Origin: Treponematales bacterium
GTDB taxonomy: Bacteria > Spirochaetota > Spirochaetia > Treponematales > Treponemataceae
NCBI GenBank assembly: GCA_038248875.1
Contig: JBBRWY010000006.1
Coordinates: 4,094 to 68,093 of the forward strand
Reading direction: 5' to 3'
DNA: 64,000 nt
The position numbers were made by a program, and so were the translations under genes. The notes beneath the pieces are model-generated. The model was not told the DNA's origin, searched no databases, and saw only the letters and a list, made by a program, of their open reading frames with translations. This document shows, piece by piece, positions 47,231 through 56,381 of this stretch. Each line of letters opens with the position of its first letter. Positions within the stretch are counted from its first letter, which is position 1.

Positions 47231-48139
47231 CTATACTGCACCGAGATAGTCAGTAAGCCGATCGATGAGCGGACCGGCAATATCGAGGGCACAGTCTGTC
47301 TCGAGTGCCTCGAAACCGGGCGATCCGTTAATCTCGCACACCGTCAGCTCGAGAGCAGGACCTCGTGATTGTCCGCAGAGAATCGATGTGTGTGCATCTT
47401 CCTGTTTTCCACAGTACAGATAATCTACTGAACCGTACCATAACCCCGCTTTCTGTGCGATTTCGAGCGTCATCGTGCTCCATGGAGCAAGTTCGGCTGC
47501 GGTGTGCGGTTCTTTTTGCATGATTCCCCCCGCATTCGCGTTTGATACAAAGCTGTCGCCTGTGGCATGTCGGCTTGCTATCGCGAGGATGGTGTCTCCG
47601 GCGAAGAAAAACCGGAGATCGCGTCCGCGGGAAGTTTTTATATATTCTTGCACAATGGTGTCCGGTTCGAGACCCGTCAGGGCGCTTTCGTTTTCAATAA
47701 AATGCACCCCTTCGCCCCGGTTGCCGAAACGCGGTTTTGCGACGAGTGGATACCGGATGAAGCCGGGCTTCAGATATAGGGCATCGCAGGCAAGCATTGT
47801 TTTGGGCGTGGGCCAGCTGTTTTCTGACAGAAAACGAGCAGATGCGAGTTTGTCGTTTGCAAGCGAAAGTGCGTCCGCGGAATTAACCGTACGAAAGCCC
47901 GCCATTTCCAGTAGACTTACGGTTTTTGGATCAACTTTCCCCCGGATCAGGCAAATAGTGTCTCTTTTGAGGCCTATGTCGATTTGTTCTGCAATAAACG
48001 AAAGAATATCCCGGGGAAACAAAAACCGGAGCGGGATGCTCCGGTTTGCGCATTCTTCGGCCAAGCGACGCGAAGGATAAAAAAGCTTGAAATAGCCGTA
48101 GTCGAGGGTTTTAAGGCCATACACGACTACGAGGTGCAT
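47231..48139 (-). CDS. ATP-grasp enzyme (RimK-like ligase family)
   Basis: YPLVAKPRFGNRGEGVHFI, IVQEYI, VCEINGSPGF. Confidence 0.7.
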   Translation of the reverse strand: MHLVVVYGLKTLDYGYFKLFYPSRRLAEECANRSIPLRFLFPRDILSFIAEQIDIGLKRDTICLIRGKVDPKTVSLLEMAGFRTVNSADALSLANDKLASARFLSENSWPTPKTMLACDALYLKPGFIRYPLVAKPRFGNRGEGVHFIENESALTGLEPDTIVQEYIKTSRGRDLRFFFAGDTILAIASRHATGDSFVSNANAGGIMQKEPHTAAELAPWSTMTLEIAQKAGLWYGSVDYLYCGKQEDAHTSILCGQSRGPALELTVCEINGSPGFEALETDCALDIAGPLIDRLTDYLGAV

Positions 48140-48140
48140 A

Positions 48141-48698
48141 TTATTGGTCTTTCGGCCAGGTCAGGGTTCTTGAGCAGAGTGCAGCGATTTCCTTGGCGAC
48201 CTTCGCTGCGTCGGCCTGCGCAATACCTGCTTCCTTACTGAGTGTTTTCGAGAAAAACAGTTCCATGGACGCGAAGACGTCGGGAAGTGAATAGAAGAGG
48301 AATGCAAAGTTCATGCCTTCGGGACGAAGTACGGTAAAGGCCGAAATTGCTTGCTGCGGTTCCTTATTATATATGATTCGGGCTTGGCTTTTAGTGGTTA
48401 TGATGTTTGCTTCGCTGAATCGGAGCTGAATCTGGTCTTCCTTCGAGCGGCAGTACGGTTCGGTCGTGCGGTGCGGATACGTGGCCGGTTCTACCAGAAC
48501 ATACAGTTTTTTACCGTTTGTCTGAAGTGTTATGCTGTCACCCGATGCATAAAAATCCTTGACAGCGGAATACGACATAACTTCGTATATGGAATAAGCG
48601 CTTTCCTGTTTGAAAAAAGAGGACACGATATAGCCCTCATCCATTGGAAGTTTGTTTTGCGCGTATGCTTCAAATAAATCTATTGCCTTAAGTGCCAT
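48141..48698 (-). CDS. Hypothetical protein, 185 aa
   Basis: AAGGAG lies before the ATG. The stop is 1 nt from the ATP-grasp start. No motif recognised. Confidence 0.55.
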   Translation of the reverse strand: MALKAIDLFEAYAQNKLPMDEGYIVSSFFKQESAYSIYEVMSYSAVKDFYASGDSITLQTNGKKLYVLVEPATYPHRTTEPYCRSKEDQIQLRFSEANIITTKSQARIIYNKEPQQAISAFTVLRPEGMNFAFLFYSLPDVFASMELFFSKTLSKEAGIAQADAAKVAKEIAALCSRTLTWPKDQ

Positions 48699-48803
48699 GC
48701 ATCACTCCTTTTGATTTCGTATTGATTATAGGTGATTTTTTTGTCAAAAGCAACATGAAAATGTTTACCGAAACGAAGCTCCGGGTGCCTACCCTGTATC
48801 AAT

Positions 48804-48832
48804 TTGACAAGTTGCAGTTCTCTTCGTATCTT
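48804..48832 (+). promoter_or_regulatory. Putative promoter TTGACA-N17-TATCTT, 6 nt before the ATG of the aldo/keto reductase gene
   Basis: Hexamers at 48804-48809 and 48827-48832. ATG at 48839. No SD sequence. Confidence 0.4.
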
Positions 48833-48838
48833 TTGTAT

Positions 48839-49696
48839 ATGATACAAACACTTCCTTTCGGCCGAACAGGCCATAATTCAACGCGGCTTCTTTTCGGGGC
48901 AGCAGCCCTCGGTGGCGTCACTCAGGCCGAAGCCGAGCACACCATGAACCTCGTTCTGGATGCAGGCCTAAACCATTTTGACACAGCTGCTAGTTATGGC
49001 AAGGCGGAAGAACGGATGGGCCCCTGGCTTGCGACCCACCGGAACGAAGTATTTCTCGCAACAAAAACAGAAAAACGCACCCGTAAGGACGCACTGGCCG
49101 AACTAGAGAATTCGCTACGCCTCATGCATACCGACCACGTGGACCTGTGGCAGATGCATGTGCTGGTCGGCGAGGATGACTGGGCGACTGCAATGGGTCC
49201 TGATGGTGCACTCGAAGCATTTGCCGAGGCCAAAAAGCGTGGACTTGTTCGGTTTCTTGGAGTGACCGGGCATGGAAAGGCAGCTCCGGCAATGCATCTG
49301 CGCAGCCTCGAGCAGTTTGATTTCGATTCGGTGCTCTTACCCTGGAACTGGCAGTTGTCGGCAGATCCTGCCTATACGTCGGCCTTCCGTACCCTCTTGT
49401 ATACCTGTAAAAAACGAAATATTGCAGTGCAGCTCATTAAGGCCTTTATGCGCCGTCCCTGGGGCGACCGGCCCCATACCCGCGCAACCTGGTACGAGCC
49501 ATTTGAGGATCCTGCGGATATTTCTGCCGTTCTCGGGTGGGCTATGGGAGTCGAGGGTACTTTCATCAATAGTGCAGGTGACATACACCTCTTACCGACG
49601 ATTCTCGAAGCTGCGAAGAAAAATCCGTCCCGACCGGACGATGCGGCAATGGCGGCTCTCTCTGAACGGCTCGGGATGGAAGATCTGTTCGCCTAA
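48839..49696 (+). CDS. Aldo/keto reductase
   Basis: Start trimmed to MIQTLPFGRTGHNSTRLLFGAAALGG. GLNHFDTAASYGKAEERMG, DLWQMH. Confidence 0.8.
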   Translation: MIQTLPFGRTGHNSTRLLFGAAALGGVTQAEAEHTMNLVLDAGLNHFDTAASYGKAEERMGPWLATHRNEVFLATKTEKRTRKDALAELENSLRLMHTDHVDLWQMHVLVGEDDWATAMGPDGALEAFAEAKKRGLVRFLGVTGHGKAAPAMHLRSLEQFDFDSVLLPWNWQLSADPAYTSAFRTLLYTCKKRNIAVQLIKAFMRRPWGDRPHTRATWYEPFEDPADISAVLGWAMGVEGTFINSAGDIHLLPTILEAAKKNPSRPDDAAMAALSERLGMEDLFA

Positions 49697-49697
49697 C

Positions 49698-50666
49698 TTA
49701 GTTTCCGAGGTATCGGGATCCCGCGCCAAAAATGCGCTTGACCGTATCAGTGTACTCCTCGAGCGTTTTGCATCGGCTGATGTCTTTGAGCGGACGATCT
49801 GCACCACTTATAGCCAGGCCTAGATATGTCCAGATTTCTTTCATTTTGTCGAGAGCGTGCTTGGGGCCGAAAAGCACCTCGCGGTATGAATGGTACAAGT
49901 CATCGTGAAATTCACGCAGTTGGTTCAGCGGATCGGAAGGAAGGGCGGTGCCCTTGAGCAGGGAAGGCAAAAAAGGATCACGGATGGCTCCCCGTCCGAT
50001 CATCCATTCGGTGACGGATGGAAAACGTTCCTGCAAGCGCAAAAAACTTACTGCGTCTGTGATATCTCCGTTATACATGATTGGATGCTTCAATAGACTT
50101 GCCGCCCGGGCAAAGCCGTCAAGATCGACAGTCCCGGTATACATTTGAATCCCGATTCGCGGGTGAATGATTATTTTTTCCAACGGATACGCGTTGAATA
50201 TCGGTACAAGAGCCAGAATTTCTTCCGGATTGTTCAGGCCGAGCCGTATTTTCAGCGTCAGGCCGATAGTAATTTCCGAACAGACCTTGTCGAGAAAGGC
50301 CGCGATCAGGTCCGGATGGGGGAGGAGTCCCGAGCCTCGTTTTTTTCCTGTCACCATTGGGAAGGGGCAGCCAAGATTCCAGTTGACTTCCGTATAGCCG
50401 TAACCGGCAATTGTTGCAGTTGTTTCGATAAAGCTGTGCGGTTCGTTGCTCAGGATCTGTGGAATGATCCGGATTCCGTGATTGTTGGCGGGTTCTACAT
50501 CTTTGAAATGATTTCCTCTTCCTTTCGCATACGCTGTTTCGGAATTGATTGAATTGATGAACGGTGCCATTGCAGCGTCGAATCCCGTAAAATGCCGGCA
50601 ATAGGCGTTTCGGAAGATGTAATTGGTGACGCCATGAAGCGGCGCAAGATATAAAATGGTGGGCAC
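49698..50666 (-). CDS. dus: tRNA-dihydrouridine synthase
   Basis: LAPLHGVTNYIFR, EVNWNLGCP, IHPRIG. GTG start preceded by AAGAGGTAAG. Confidence 0.85.
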   Translation of the reverse strand: MPTILYLAPLHGVTNYIFRNAYCRHFTGFDAAMAPFINSINSETAYAKGRGNHFKDVEPANNHGIRIIPQILSNEPHSFIETTATIAGYGYTEVNWNLGCPFPMVTGKKRGSGLLPHPDLIAAFLDKVCSEITIGLTLKIRLGLNNPEEILALVPIFNAYPLEKIIIHPRIGIQMYTGTVDLDGFARAASLLKHPIMYNGDITDAVSFLRLQERFPSVTEWMIGRGAIRDPFLPSLLKGTALPSDPLNQLREFHDDLYHSYREVLFGPKHALDKMKEIWTYLGLAISGADRPLKDISRCKTLEEYTDTVKRIFGAGSRYLGN

Positions 50667-50827
50667 AACTTACCTCTTATGTCGGACGAGTGCAGAATAC
50701 CTGTGTTACCGCAAATAATCCAGCTTTTTCTACCGAAATGTGCATAATCCGCCATTCACCTACTGTTTAAGATTTCATTATGAGATATACTATACGGATA
50801 TAGAGCCTTCCAGTTGAGTTAAAAAAA

Positions 50828-50856
50828 TTGACACTCGCCTGTTTTGGGTCTATAAT
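50828..50856 (+). promoter_or_regulatory. Perfect-consensus sigma70 promoter TTGACA-N17-TATAAT
   Basis: TTGACA at 50828-50833, a 17-nt spacer and TATAAT at 50851-50856, preceded by an A-tract. Lies ~270 nt upstream of the RRM gene. Confidence 0.65.
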
Positions 50857-51123
50857 GGATAAAAATACGGCGTTGCCGTGAACGAAAAGGGAACTTGACA
50901 TCGAGGATGAATGGCTGCATAGCGGCTGCGGGGCGGTAACGACTCCGGCCAAAAAGTACGGTAGCTGGTCCTGGTGACAGTTCCTGACAGTTTACATCTC
51001 CGTTTGTCCAGCGCTACCTTGATCCTGTTTTTCCGACCAGTCGGTAAAGATGGGATTATCGCTTATACTTAATAAGCGAATTTTAATGACCCGGGGCAAA
51101 GCTACCGGGTGAAGGATGCCAAT

Positions 51124-51393
51124 ATGGGCAAGAAAATTTACGTAGGAAACCTCAGCTACAACACGAACGAAGCTGGTCTCAATGACCTTTTTCAGGCACA
51201 TGGACAGGTCGTTTCGGTAAAAGTTATTACTGACCGCGATTCAGGACGCTCGAAAGGTTTTGCTTTCGTAGAAATGGGAACCGAAGACGAAGCACGCGCT
51301 GCAATTTCCAGCCTCAATGGCTACGAATTTGACGGTCGCCAGCTCAAGGTTAATGAATCCATTGACAAGCCCCGCACCAACGATCGCTATTAG
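51124..51393 (+). CDS. RRM-type RNA-binding protein (89 aa)
   Basis: RNP2 IYVGNL and RNP1 KGFAFVEM. GAAGGA lies before the ATG at 51124. Confidence 0.85.
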   Translation: MGKKIYVGNLSYNTNEAGLNDLFQAHGQVVSVKVITDRDSGRSKGFAFVEMGTEDEARAAISSLNGYEFDGRQLKVNESIDKPRTNDRY

Positions 51394-51416
51394 TCGATAG
51401 GGTCCGAAAGGATCTA

Positions 51417-51450
51417 CAAAAACCTTCCCTAATCGGGAAGGTTTTTTTTT
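51417..51450. terminator. Bidirectional rho-independent terminator between the RRM gene and the convergent OMP gene
   Basis: AAAAACCTTCCC-taatc-GGGAAGGTTTTTTTTT. The A-run and T-run flank the stem, so it reads as a terminator on both strands. Confidence 0.75.
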
Positions 51451-51471
51451 GCCCTGAAAAGATTTTGAATG

Positions 51472-52566
51472 CTAGAATTTCATCCGTGCACCGAGCGATA
51501 CCGATCCGCGTTCCTGGAGACATGACGGGCCGAACTCGCCCGAACCGTTGCCGCCGAAGGAGCTGCTGTCGAGCGGCATCCGGCCGGCAAGGGTGACGGT
51601 GAATCCTTGGAACGGCTCGTGGGTGAGTGTGACCGACGGGAGAAACGAGCCGTCCTCGGGTGATGCTGTGCATGAAGCGGTGAAATTGGTGTAGTCGCTG
51701 TACTGCCAGGCAACCGTTCCCAGCATATAGTGCCTTTGCTGCAGGCCCGGTGTGCCCGGTGCGCCGGGTGTGCTGGATGAGGCACCGTTGAAAAAATACT
51801 GTGCGAGGAGATATATTTTTCCATCGGCAAGCGAGTAATCGATGCCGGCGGCGATTTCGGGCAATTTTGTTCCCGATGTGTACAGTGCGTCAACGGTGAA
51901 GCCGACGACAAGGTCGAACTTTACCGAGACCCCGGTCCGGTGCACGATGTCGGTTCCATCTGAGGTCGGCACTGTCAGGATATACAACGTTTGCAGACTG
52001 CCGACTCGGGTATGGAAGTCTGTCGAAAGCCCTGCTTCCGGTACTGTTTGATCGGTCCGGTTGACGGCGAAACCTTGCAGTTTGGCATCCCCGAGAGGAT
52101 ACCAGGCGAGGAGGGCTCCGAGCATTCCTTTTGGTCGTGCGTTTGGATACAGCGGATTCGGGAGGGCAAATACGTCGGTCGGCCTGAATCCTTGTCCGTA
52201 ACCGAAGGCGATTCGCATGAGACCTGCATCGACATCGACTTTTTCGCCCCTGATTTCCATATACAAACGCTCGAGCTCGCCGCCGAGTGTCAGTTCCTGC
52301 GTCGAGCCGGCATTGGCTATCGTGTTGACCGCTCCGTAGAAAGTTCCTTTTTCCCCGACAGCTACTTTGAAACGGAGATTGGCAAACTGCTCGAAGGCAT
52401 AACTGCCAGTATCCCCGTCGTCGATTTTGAACGTCGCTTTCGCTTCACCTGCGCCCGAAAATACAGGTTCAGCGGCGAAGAGGAGCATTTCCCGGTTTGG
52501 GCCATCCGGCGGGAAAGAAGTGAGTGCGAGAATGGCGAGGCTGGTAAAAAAAACGCGCAGCTTCAT
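51472..52566 (-). CDS. Putative outer-membrane beta-barrel protein
   Basis: Signal peptide MKLRVFFTSLAILALTS, alternating hydrophobic pattern and a C-terminal ...GARMKF. ATGA-type overlap with the LolA-like gene. Confidence 0.55.
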   Translation of the reverse strand: MKLRVFFTSLAILALTSFPPDGPNREMLLFAAEPVFSGAGEAKATFKIDDGDTGSYAFEQFANLRFKVAVGEKGTFYGAVNTIANAGSTQELTLGGELERLYMEIRGEKVDVDAGLMRIAFGYGQGFRPTDVFALPNPLYPNARPKGMLGALLAWYPLGDAKLQGFAVNRTDQTVPEAGLSTDFHTRVGSLQTLYILTVPTSDGTDIVHRTGVSVKFDLVVGFTVDALYTSGTKLPEIAAGIDYSLADGKIYLLAQYFFNGASSSTPGAPGTPGLQQRHYMLGTVAWQYSDYTNFTASCTASPEDGSFLPSVTLTHEPFQGFTVTLAGRMPLDSSSFGGNGSGEFGPSCLQERGSVSLGARMKF

Positions 52567-53321
52567 CTTTCAAGATTCCTCAGGCTGAAGGTTGATGCAG
52601 GAATTGCTGCATCCAGGGTTACCTCGTTGAACTTGAAAACGGTACGGCTTCCCTTGCGCAATAAATCGCGCATTTCGCTTTCCATCGGGAAGCTGCGTGC
52701 TCCGATTTTTTCGGAGCGAAGCAGTGTGTAATCCTTGAGTTTCGCACCGGAGAGGGCAAACAGTTCGTAGCGTAAAAGATCGGCGTTATCCTTCGCGACC
52801 CAGATTTTTTGCTTTGGGTAGCTTTCTGTTTTTTGTATAGCCGTAAGGTCGAGTATCCATGCGTCGCGGCCACCGATAGTCTCGCTACCCGAAAGCATGG
52901 CCGTGTAGCGTTTTGAAAGTTTTTCATTTTCGATTGTATCTTCGTAACTCAAGTCCGAGCCCATCATTGATTCCTTGAGGAGGTGACCTGAAATCGGCAT
53001 CACCTGTTCGGTATCAGGCGAGTACACATACAGCCTTCCATCAGTCTTTAGATACTTTGTTCCCCGGTCTTCGCTGTTGGTAAACTCGATGAAGCTGTCC
53101 GTGTTACCCCGAGCTACGGCGGAGAATTGCTTCACGAACCGTTTTCCCTGGTACTCGATGATCATCTCGCCTTTATACGAAATGGAACTGTATATCTCGT
53201 TCGCGTCTACCCGTTCAAGGATGTCCGAAGCGGAAACACTCTGTGCCGTCACACCGGCGTTCGAAAGAACGAAAATGGTTGCCGTGATCATGAATGATTT
53301 GAGTGGCCTTTTGAATTTCAT
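52563..53321 (-). CDS. LolA-like outer-membrane lipoprotein-sorting family protein
   Basis: Signal peptide followed by ILERVDANEIYSSISYKGEMIIEY...TKYLKTDGRLYVYSPD, which I recall as characteristic of the LolA-like family found next to FtsX-type permeases. Confidence 0.65.
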   Translation of the reverse strand: MKFKRPLKSFMITATIFVLSNAGVTAQSVSASDILERVDANEIYSSISYKGEMIIEYQGKRFVKQFSAVARGNTDSFIEFTNSEDRGTKYLKTDGRLYVYSPDTEQVMPISGHLLKESMMGSDLSYEDTIENEKLSKRYTAMLSGSETIGGRDAWILDLTAIQKTESYPKQKIWVAKDNADLLRYELFALSGAKLKDYTLLRSEKIGARSFPMESEMRDLLRKGSRTVFKFNEVTLDAAIPASTFSLRNLER

Positions 53322-53346
53322 TGTATCCCCTTATACTGAATTACTG

Positions 53347-54645
53347 TTATCCTCGGAGCGCTTCGACCGGTTCGATGAATGCACTTTTCATCGAAGGCAA
53401 GAGCGTGCAGGCAGAAGAAACTATTACCCCGAATAAAAAACCTTCGACAAGATTACGGACGGAAAATACCAAAAAGAGCGTGCCAGAGATCGGCAGATCT
53501 TTCATACCACCGCCAGTAAAGGCGTTCATGTCTATCGGGAAGAGCGAGCCGCCCCAGGTGGCAAGGCCGGCCACGAGACAGCCGAACAGAGAGCCGAGCA
53601 CGCTGAGGAGTACTGCTTCCAGAAAAAATACCGACACAATTTCGCGCCTCGTCATGCCGAGTGCACCCATCATGCCGATTTCTTTAGTACGTTCGTGGAT
53701 GACCATCAGCATAGTATTGATGATGAGAAAACTGGCGACAATCTGGAACACTCCGAACATCACAATGTAGAGCCCGGTCATGGACTTGAACAGGGCGATC
53801 CAGTAATTTTCCGTCCATTCGTGTACTTTGTTGCCTTCGCCGACTATCGCAACCAATCCCTGTTGGATTTTGGCTGTGTGTCCGGGATCTTCCGCATACA
53901 CGACCAGTTGTTGAATACCCTCGCCGAGGCCGAGTACACGCTGTAGGCGGTCGAACGGAACGATGATGGTTTTTTCGTCATAGGTTCCGTAATCAAACTC
54001 GAAAATGCCGGTTATCACCGGACTCCAGTACTTGTCGGAGAACTGGGCGGAAACTGTTTTGAGCGGAATATTGTCGCCGATACGTAGCCCTGCTTTTTTC
54101 GCGAAGGTTGTTCCTATTGCACATTCGTTCGTTCCTTTCGCCGGGAAACGCCCTTCGACAAGACCATTGTTACGGTCGGTCAGGTTGAAATTATGGAGAG
54201 CAGTTTCGGTTTCGATGTCGATGCCCCACAGAACGGCGTGTTTGACGAAACTGTCGAAAAGACTTGCATACGCGGTGATGCGCGGAAGGGCAGCCTTCAC
54301 GCCGGGTAGCGCTTCAGCTTCCCGGATGAGTTCAACACCACTTTTGCCGTCGGAGAGCGGAAACTGAACGGGACGATATTCGCGGTCGGCGTCGAACTGC
54401 ACGGATACCGCGTTAACGTGACCGGTCTCGAAAGTGGTCACGATTTTTTCGATGCCGTCGAACATGCCGTCAACCCAGGACTGCATGAAGACGTTGAAAA
54501 AAACAGCAGTGCCTACAGCCACGACGCAGAGAATTGTCCGTCTCCTGTTTCTCCAGATATTGCGCTGGGATATTGTCAGTAGAGCCCGGAAACCGCCCGA
54601 GGTGCGGCTTGTATTTTTCATGTGTAGCTCCTTGGCAGCTTTCAT
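53347..54645 (-). CDS. ABC transporter permease, FtsX/MacB/LolCE type
   Basis: N-terminal TM, a large periplasmic loop and a C-terminal FtsX 3-TM bundle (TKEIGMMGALGMTRREI). Confidence 0.85.
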   Translation of the reverse strand: MKAAKELHMKNTSRTSGGFRALLTISQRNIWRNRRRTILCVVAVGTAVFFNVFMQSWVDGMFDGIEKIVTTFETGHVNAVSVQFDADREYRPVQFPLSDGKSGVELIREAEALPGVKAALPRITAYASLFDSFVKHAVLWGIDIETETALHNFNLTDRNNGLVEGRFPAKGTNECAIGTTFAKKAGLRIGDNIPLKTVSAQFSDKYWSPVITGIFEFDYGTYDEKTIIVPFDRLQRVLGLGEGIQQLVVYAEDPGHTAKIQQGLVAIVGEGNKVHEWTENYWIALFKSMTGLYIVMFGVFQIVASFLIINTMLMVIHERTKEIGMMGALGMTRREIVSVFFLEAVLLSVLGSLFGCLVAGLATWGGSLFPIDMNAFTGGGMKDLPISGTLFLVFSVRNLVEGFLFGVIVSSACTLLPSMKSAFIEPVEALRG

Positions 54646-56381
54646 TCGAACCTCAGGCTTTCGGTTACCGGCATTTTAAGGGAGCGCAGGGTAGGAAAGA
54701 TTGCCATACAACCCGAAAGCACTGTCGCGACGATGAACGAGCCGACAATGGCCGGAATGTTCCAGGCTGAACGAAAATACGTGGCGATACGGTAACCTAT
54801 GTCGCCATTCAATGAGTTCGTGATCGCTGAATAGTCGATACCGTATGTCACCATCGGAATGTTTATCAGGCAGCCGATGAGGACTCCTGCAGCACTTCCC
54901 AATAGTCCGACAAGCGATGCTTCCGTGAAGTATGCGAGAAGCAACTGGCCGTCAGTCATACCGAGTGCGCGGAGCATCCCAATTTCTTTTGTGCGCTCGA
55001 GGATTGCCATCAGCATGGTGTTAGCGATTCCGATAAGCGAAAGGAAAAAAAGGAAGGAAATCATGACGCGTGTGCTGATGTTGTCGCTCGCCGCCGCAAC
55101 CAGATAATCAGCTGAATAGGCTTCCCATCCCCGCACCGAAAGACCCTGTGATGTAAGAATTCCCGGCGACACCGATTCGAGGGCAGCTGCGATCACTTCT
55201 GGAGACTCATTTTTTCCGGGTAACGCCGATTCGTTCGCGTCGGCTATCCGGATCAGTACCTCGGTGACCTGTCCTGCGAACATCATGCCGGCCTCATCCT
55301 GCAGGGCATCCAGCGGAAGGAAGGCGATGTTGCCGTTAATTTTCGGATTGGGCGAATTGACAACCCCTACTACGACAGCATCGATGAGCTGGTTGACATG
55401 CCGTACGGCGCCTGTGTATCCGGCGTCGAGGAGAACTCGGAGCGCATTTTGTTTTGATACGTCATCGATGTCCGGCACCGGTACGAAATTGCCGTTTTTG
55501 GGATCCGCGGTAAATACGCTATCCAGAATAACCCGCTCTTCCGGAGTGATTTGCTGGAGAATATCGCGGTTGTATTTTTCTGCAGGCATCGAAGCGGGCA
55601 GTTCCTTGATATCGATGGTCGTTGCGATGCGAACGTCCATGCGGCCCGATCCGGATAGCAATTTCCAGGCCCGTGCGAGTTCCCCTTTCGTCACGTCGTC
55701 ACGAAGCACCAGTCGGCGCTCGAGTGTCTGTTCATCTACGACCGGGGCGAACAGTTTTTTCTTCTGCTTTTTTTCGCTTCGCCAGGGCACATAGAGTAAC
55801 CGTATAAAAGCGGCGTCTGTTGTTTCCATGGTCGATAGGGCGAGATCACTCTCGAATTCTTCTGCGGTAATGTGGGATGGTATGCCGACCTGAAGCTTTT
55901 CTGCCGCCATCGAGCCGATCGCAATTTCTTTTTTTCCGCTTTGCGGGAAACGGCCCGCGTCAATGAACTCGTGATACCGCAGAAGGACTGTCTCTTGTTC
56001 GATGTCTATCGCATTGAATACGATCGGGGCGGCAGCCGAGCGGGAATACACGGTTCCCGTAAAGACTGTGCGCGGAGCGCTCCGGTAGCCGGCCTTTGCT
56101 AGAGCGCCGGTAATTTCCTGCCATCCGGAAAAACTTTCATACATCGGCAGGTCGTCTTTTTTCGCATAATATGCTTCGGTCTGGATTTTTGCTGCGCCCA
56201 TTTCGTACGAGACAATATTTCGTTTCGAGTCTATGTTCATACCGACAATCCAGCCGTCCATAAAAATGTACATACTCACGCTTACTGCAACTGCTATGCA
56301 CGTGATAATGGTTTTAGCCCGATGCCGCGAAAGGTTGCGGAGTGACATCCCGGCAACCATCTTGAATTCATCCATCTTCAT
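54642..56381 (-). CDS. ABC transporter permease, FtsX/MacB/LolCE type with an enlarged periplasmic domain
   Basis: Same topology; TKEIGMLRALGMTDGQL. 579 aa. Confidence 0.85.
   Translation of the reverse strand: MKMDEFKMVAGMSLRNLSRHRAKTIITCIAVAVSVSMYIFMDGWIVGMNIDSKRNIVSYEMGAAKIQTEAYYAKKDDLPMYESFSGWQEITGALAKAGYRSAPRTVFTGTVYSRSAAAPIVFNAIDIEQETVLLRYHEFIDAGRFPQSGKKEIAIGSMAAEKLQVGIPSHITAEEFESDLALSTMETTDAAFIRLLYVPWRSEKKQKKKLFAPVVDEQTLERRLVLRDDVTKGELARAWKLLSGSGRMDVRIATTIDIKELPASMPAEKYNRDILQQITPEERVILDSVFTADPKNGNFVPVPDIDDVSKQNALRVLLDAGYTGAVRHVNQLIDAVVVGVVNSPNPKINGNIAFLPLDALQDEAGMMFAGQVTEVLIRIADANESALPGKNESPEVIAAALESVSPGILTSQGLSVRGWEAYSADYLVAAASDNISTRVMISFLFFLSLIGIANTMLMAILERTKEIGMLRALGMTDGQLLLAYFTEASLVGLLGSAAGVLIGCLINIPMVTYGIDYSAITNSLNGDIGYRIATYFRSAWNIPAIVGSFIVATVLSGCMAIFPTLRSLKMPVTESLRFE

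Noticed and set aside
50930-50975. tRNA-like start (GCGGGGCGG...) in the dus/RRM intergenic region
   Set aside because: It has no D-loop or T-loop consensus (no GTTCGAATC-type box) and no acceptor-stem complement at the right distance.
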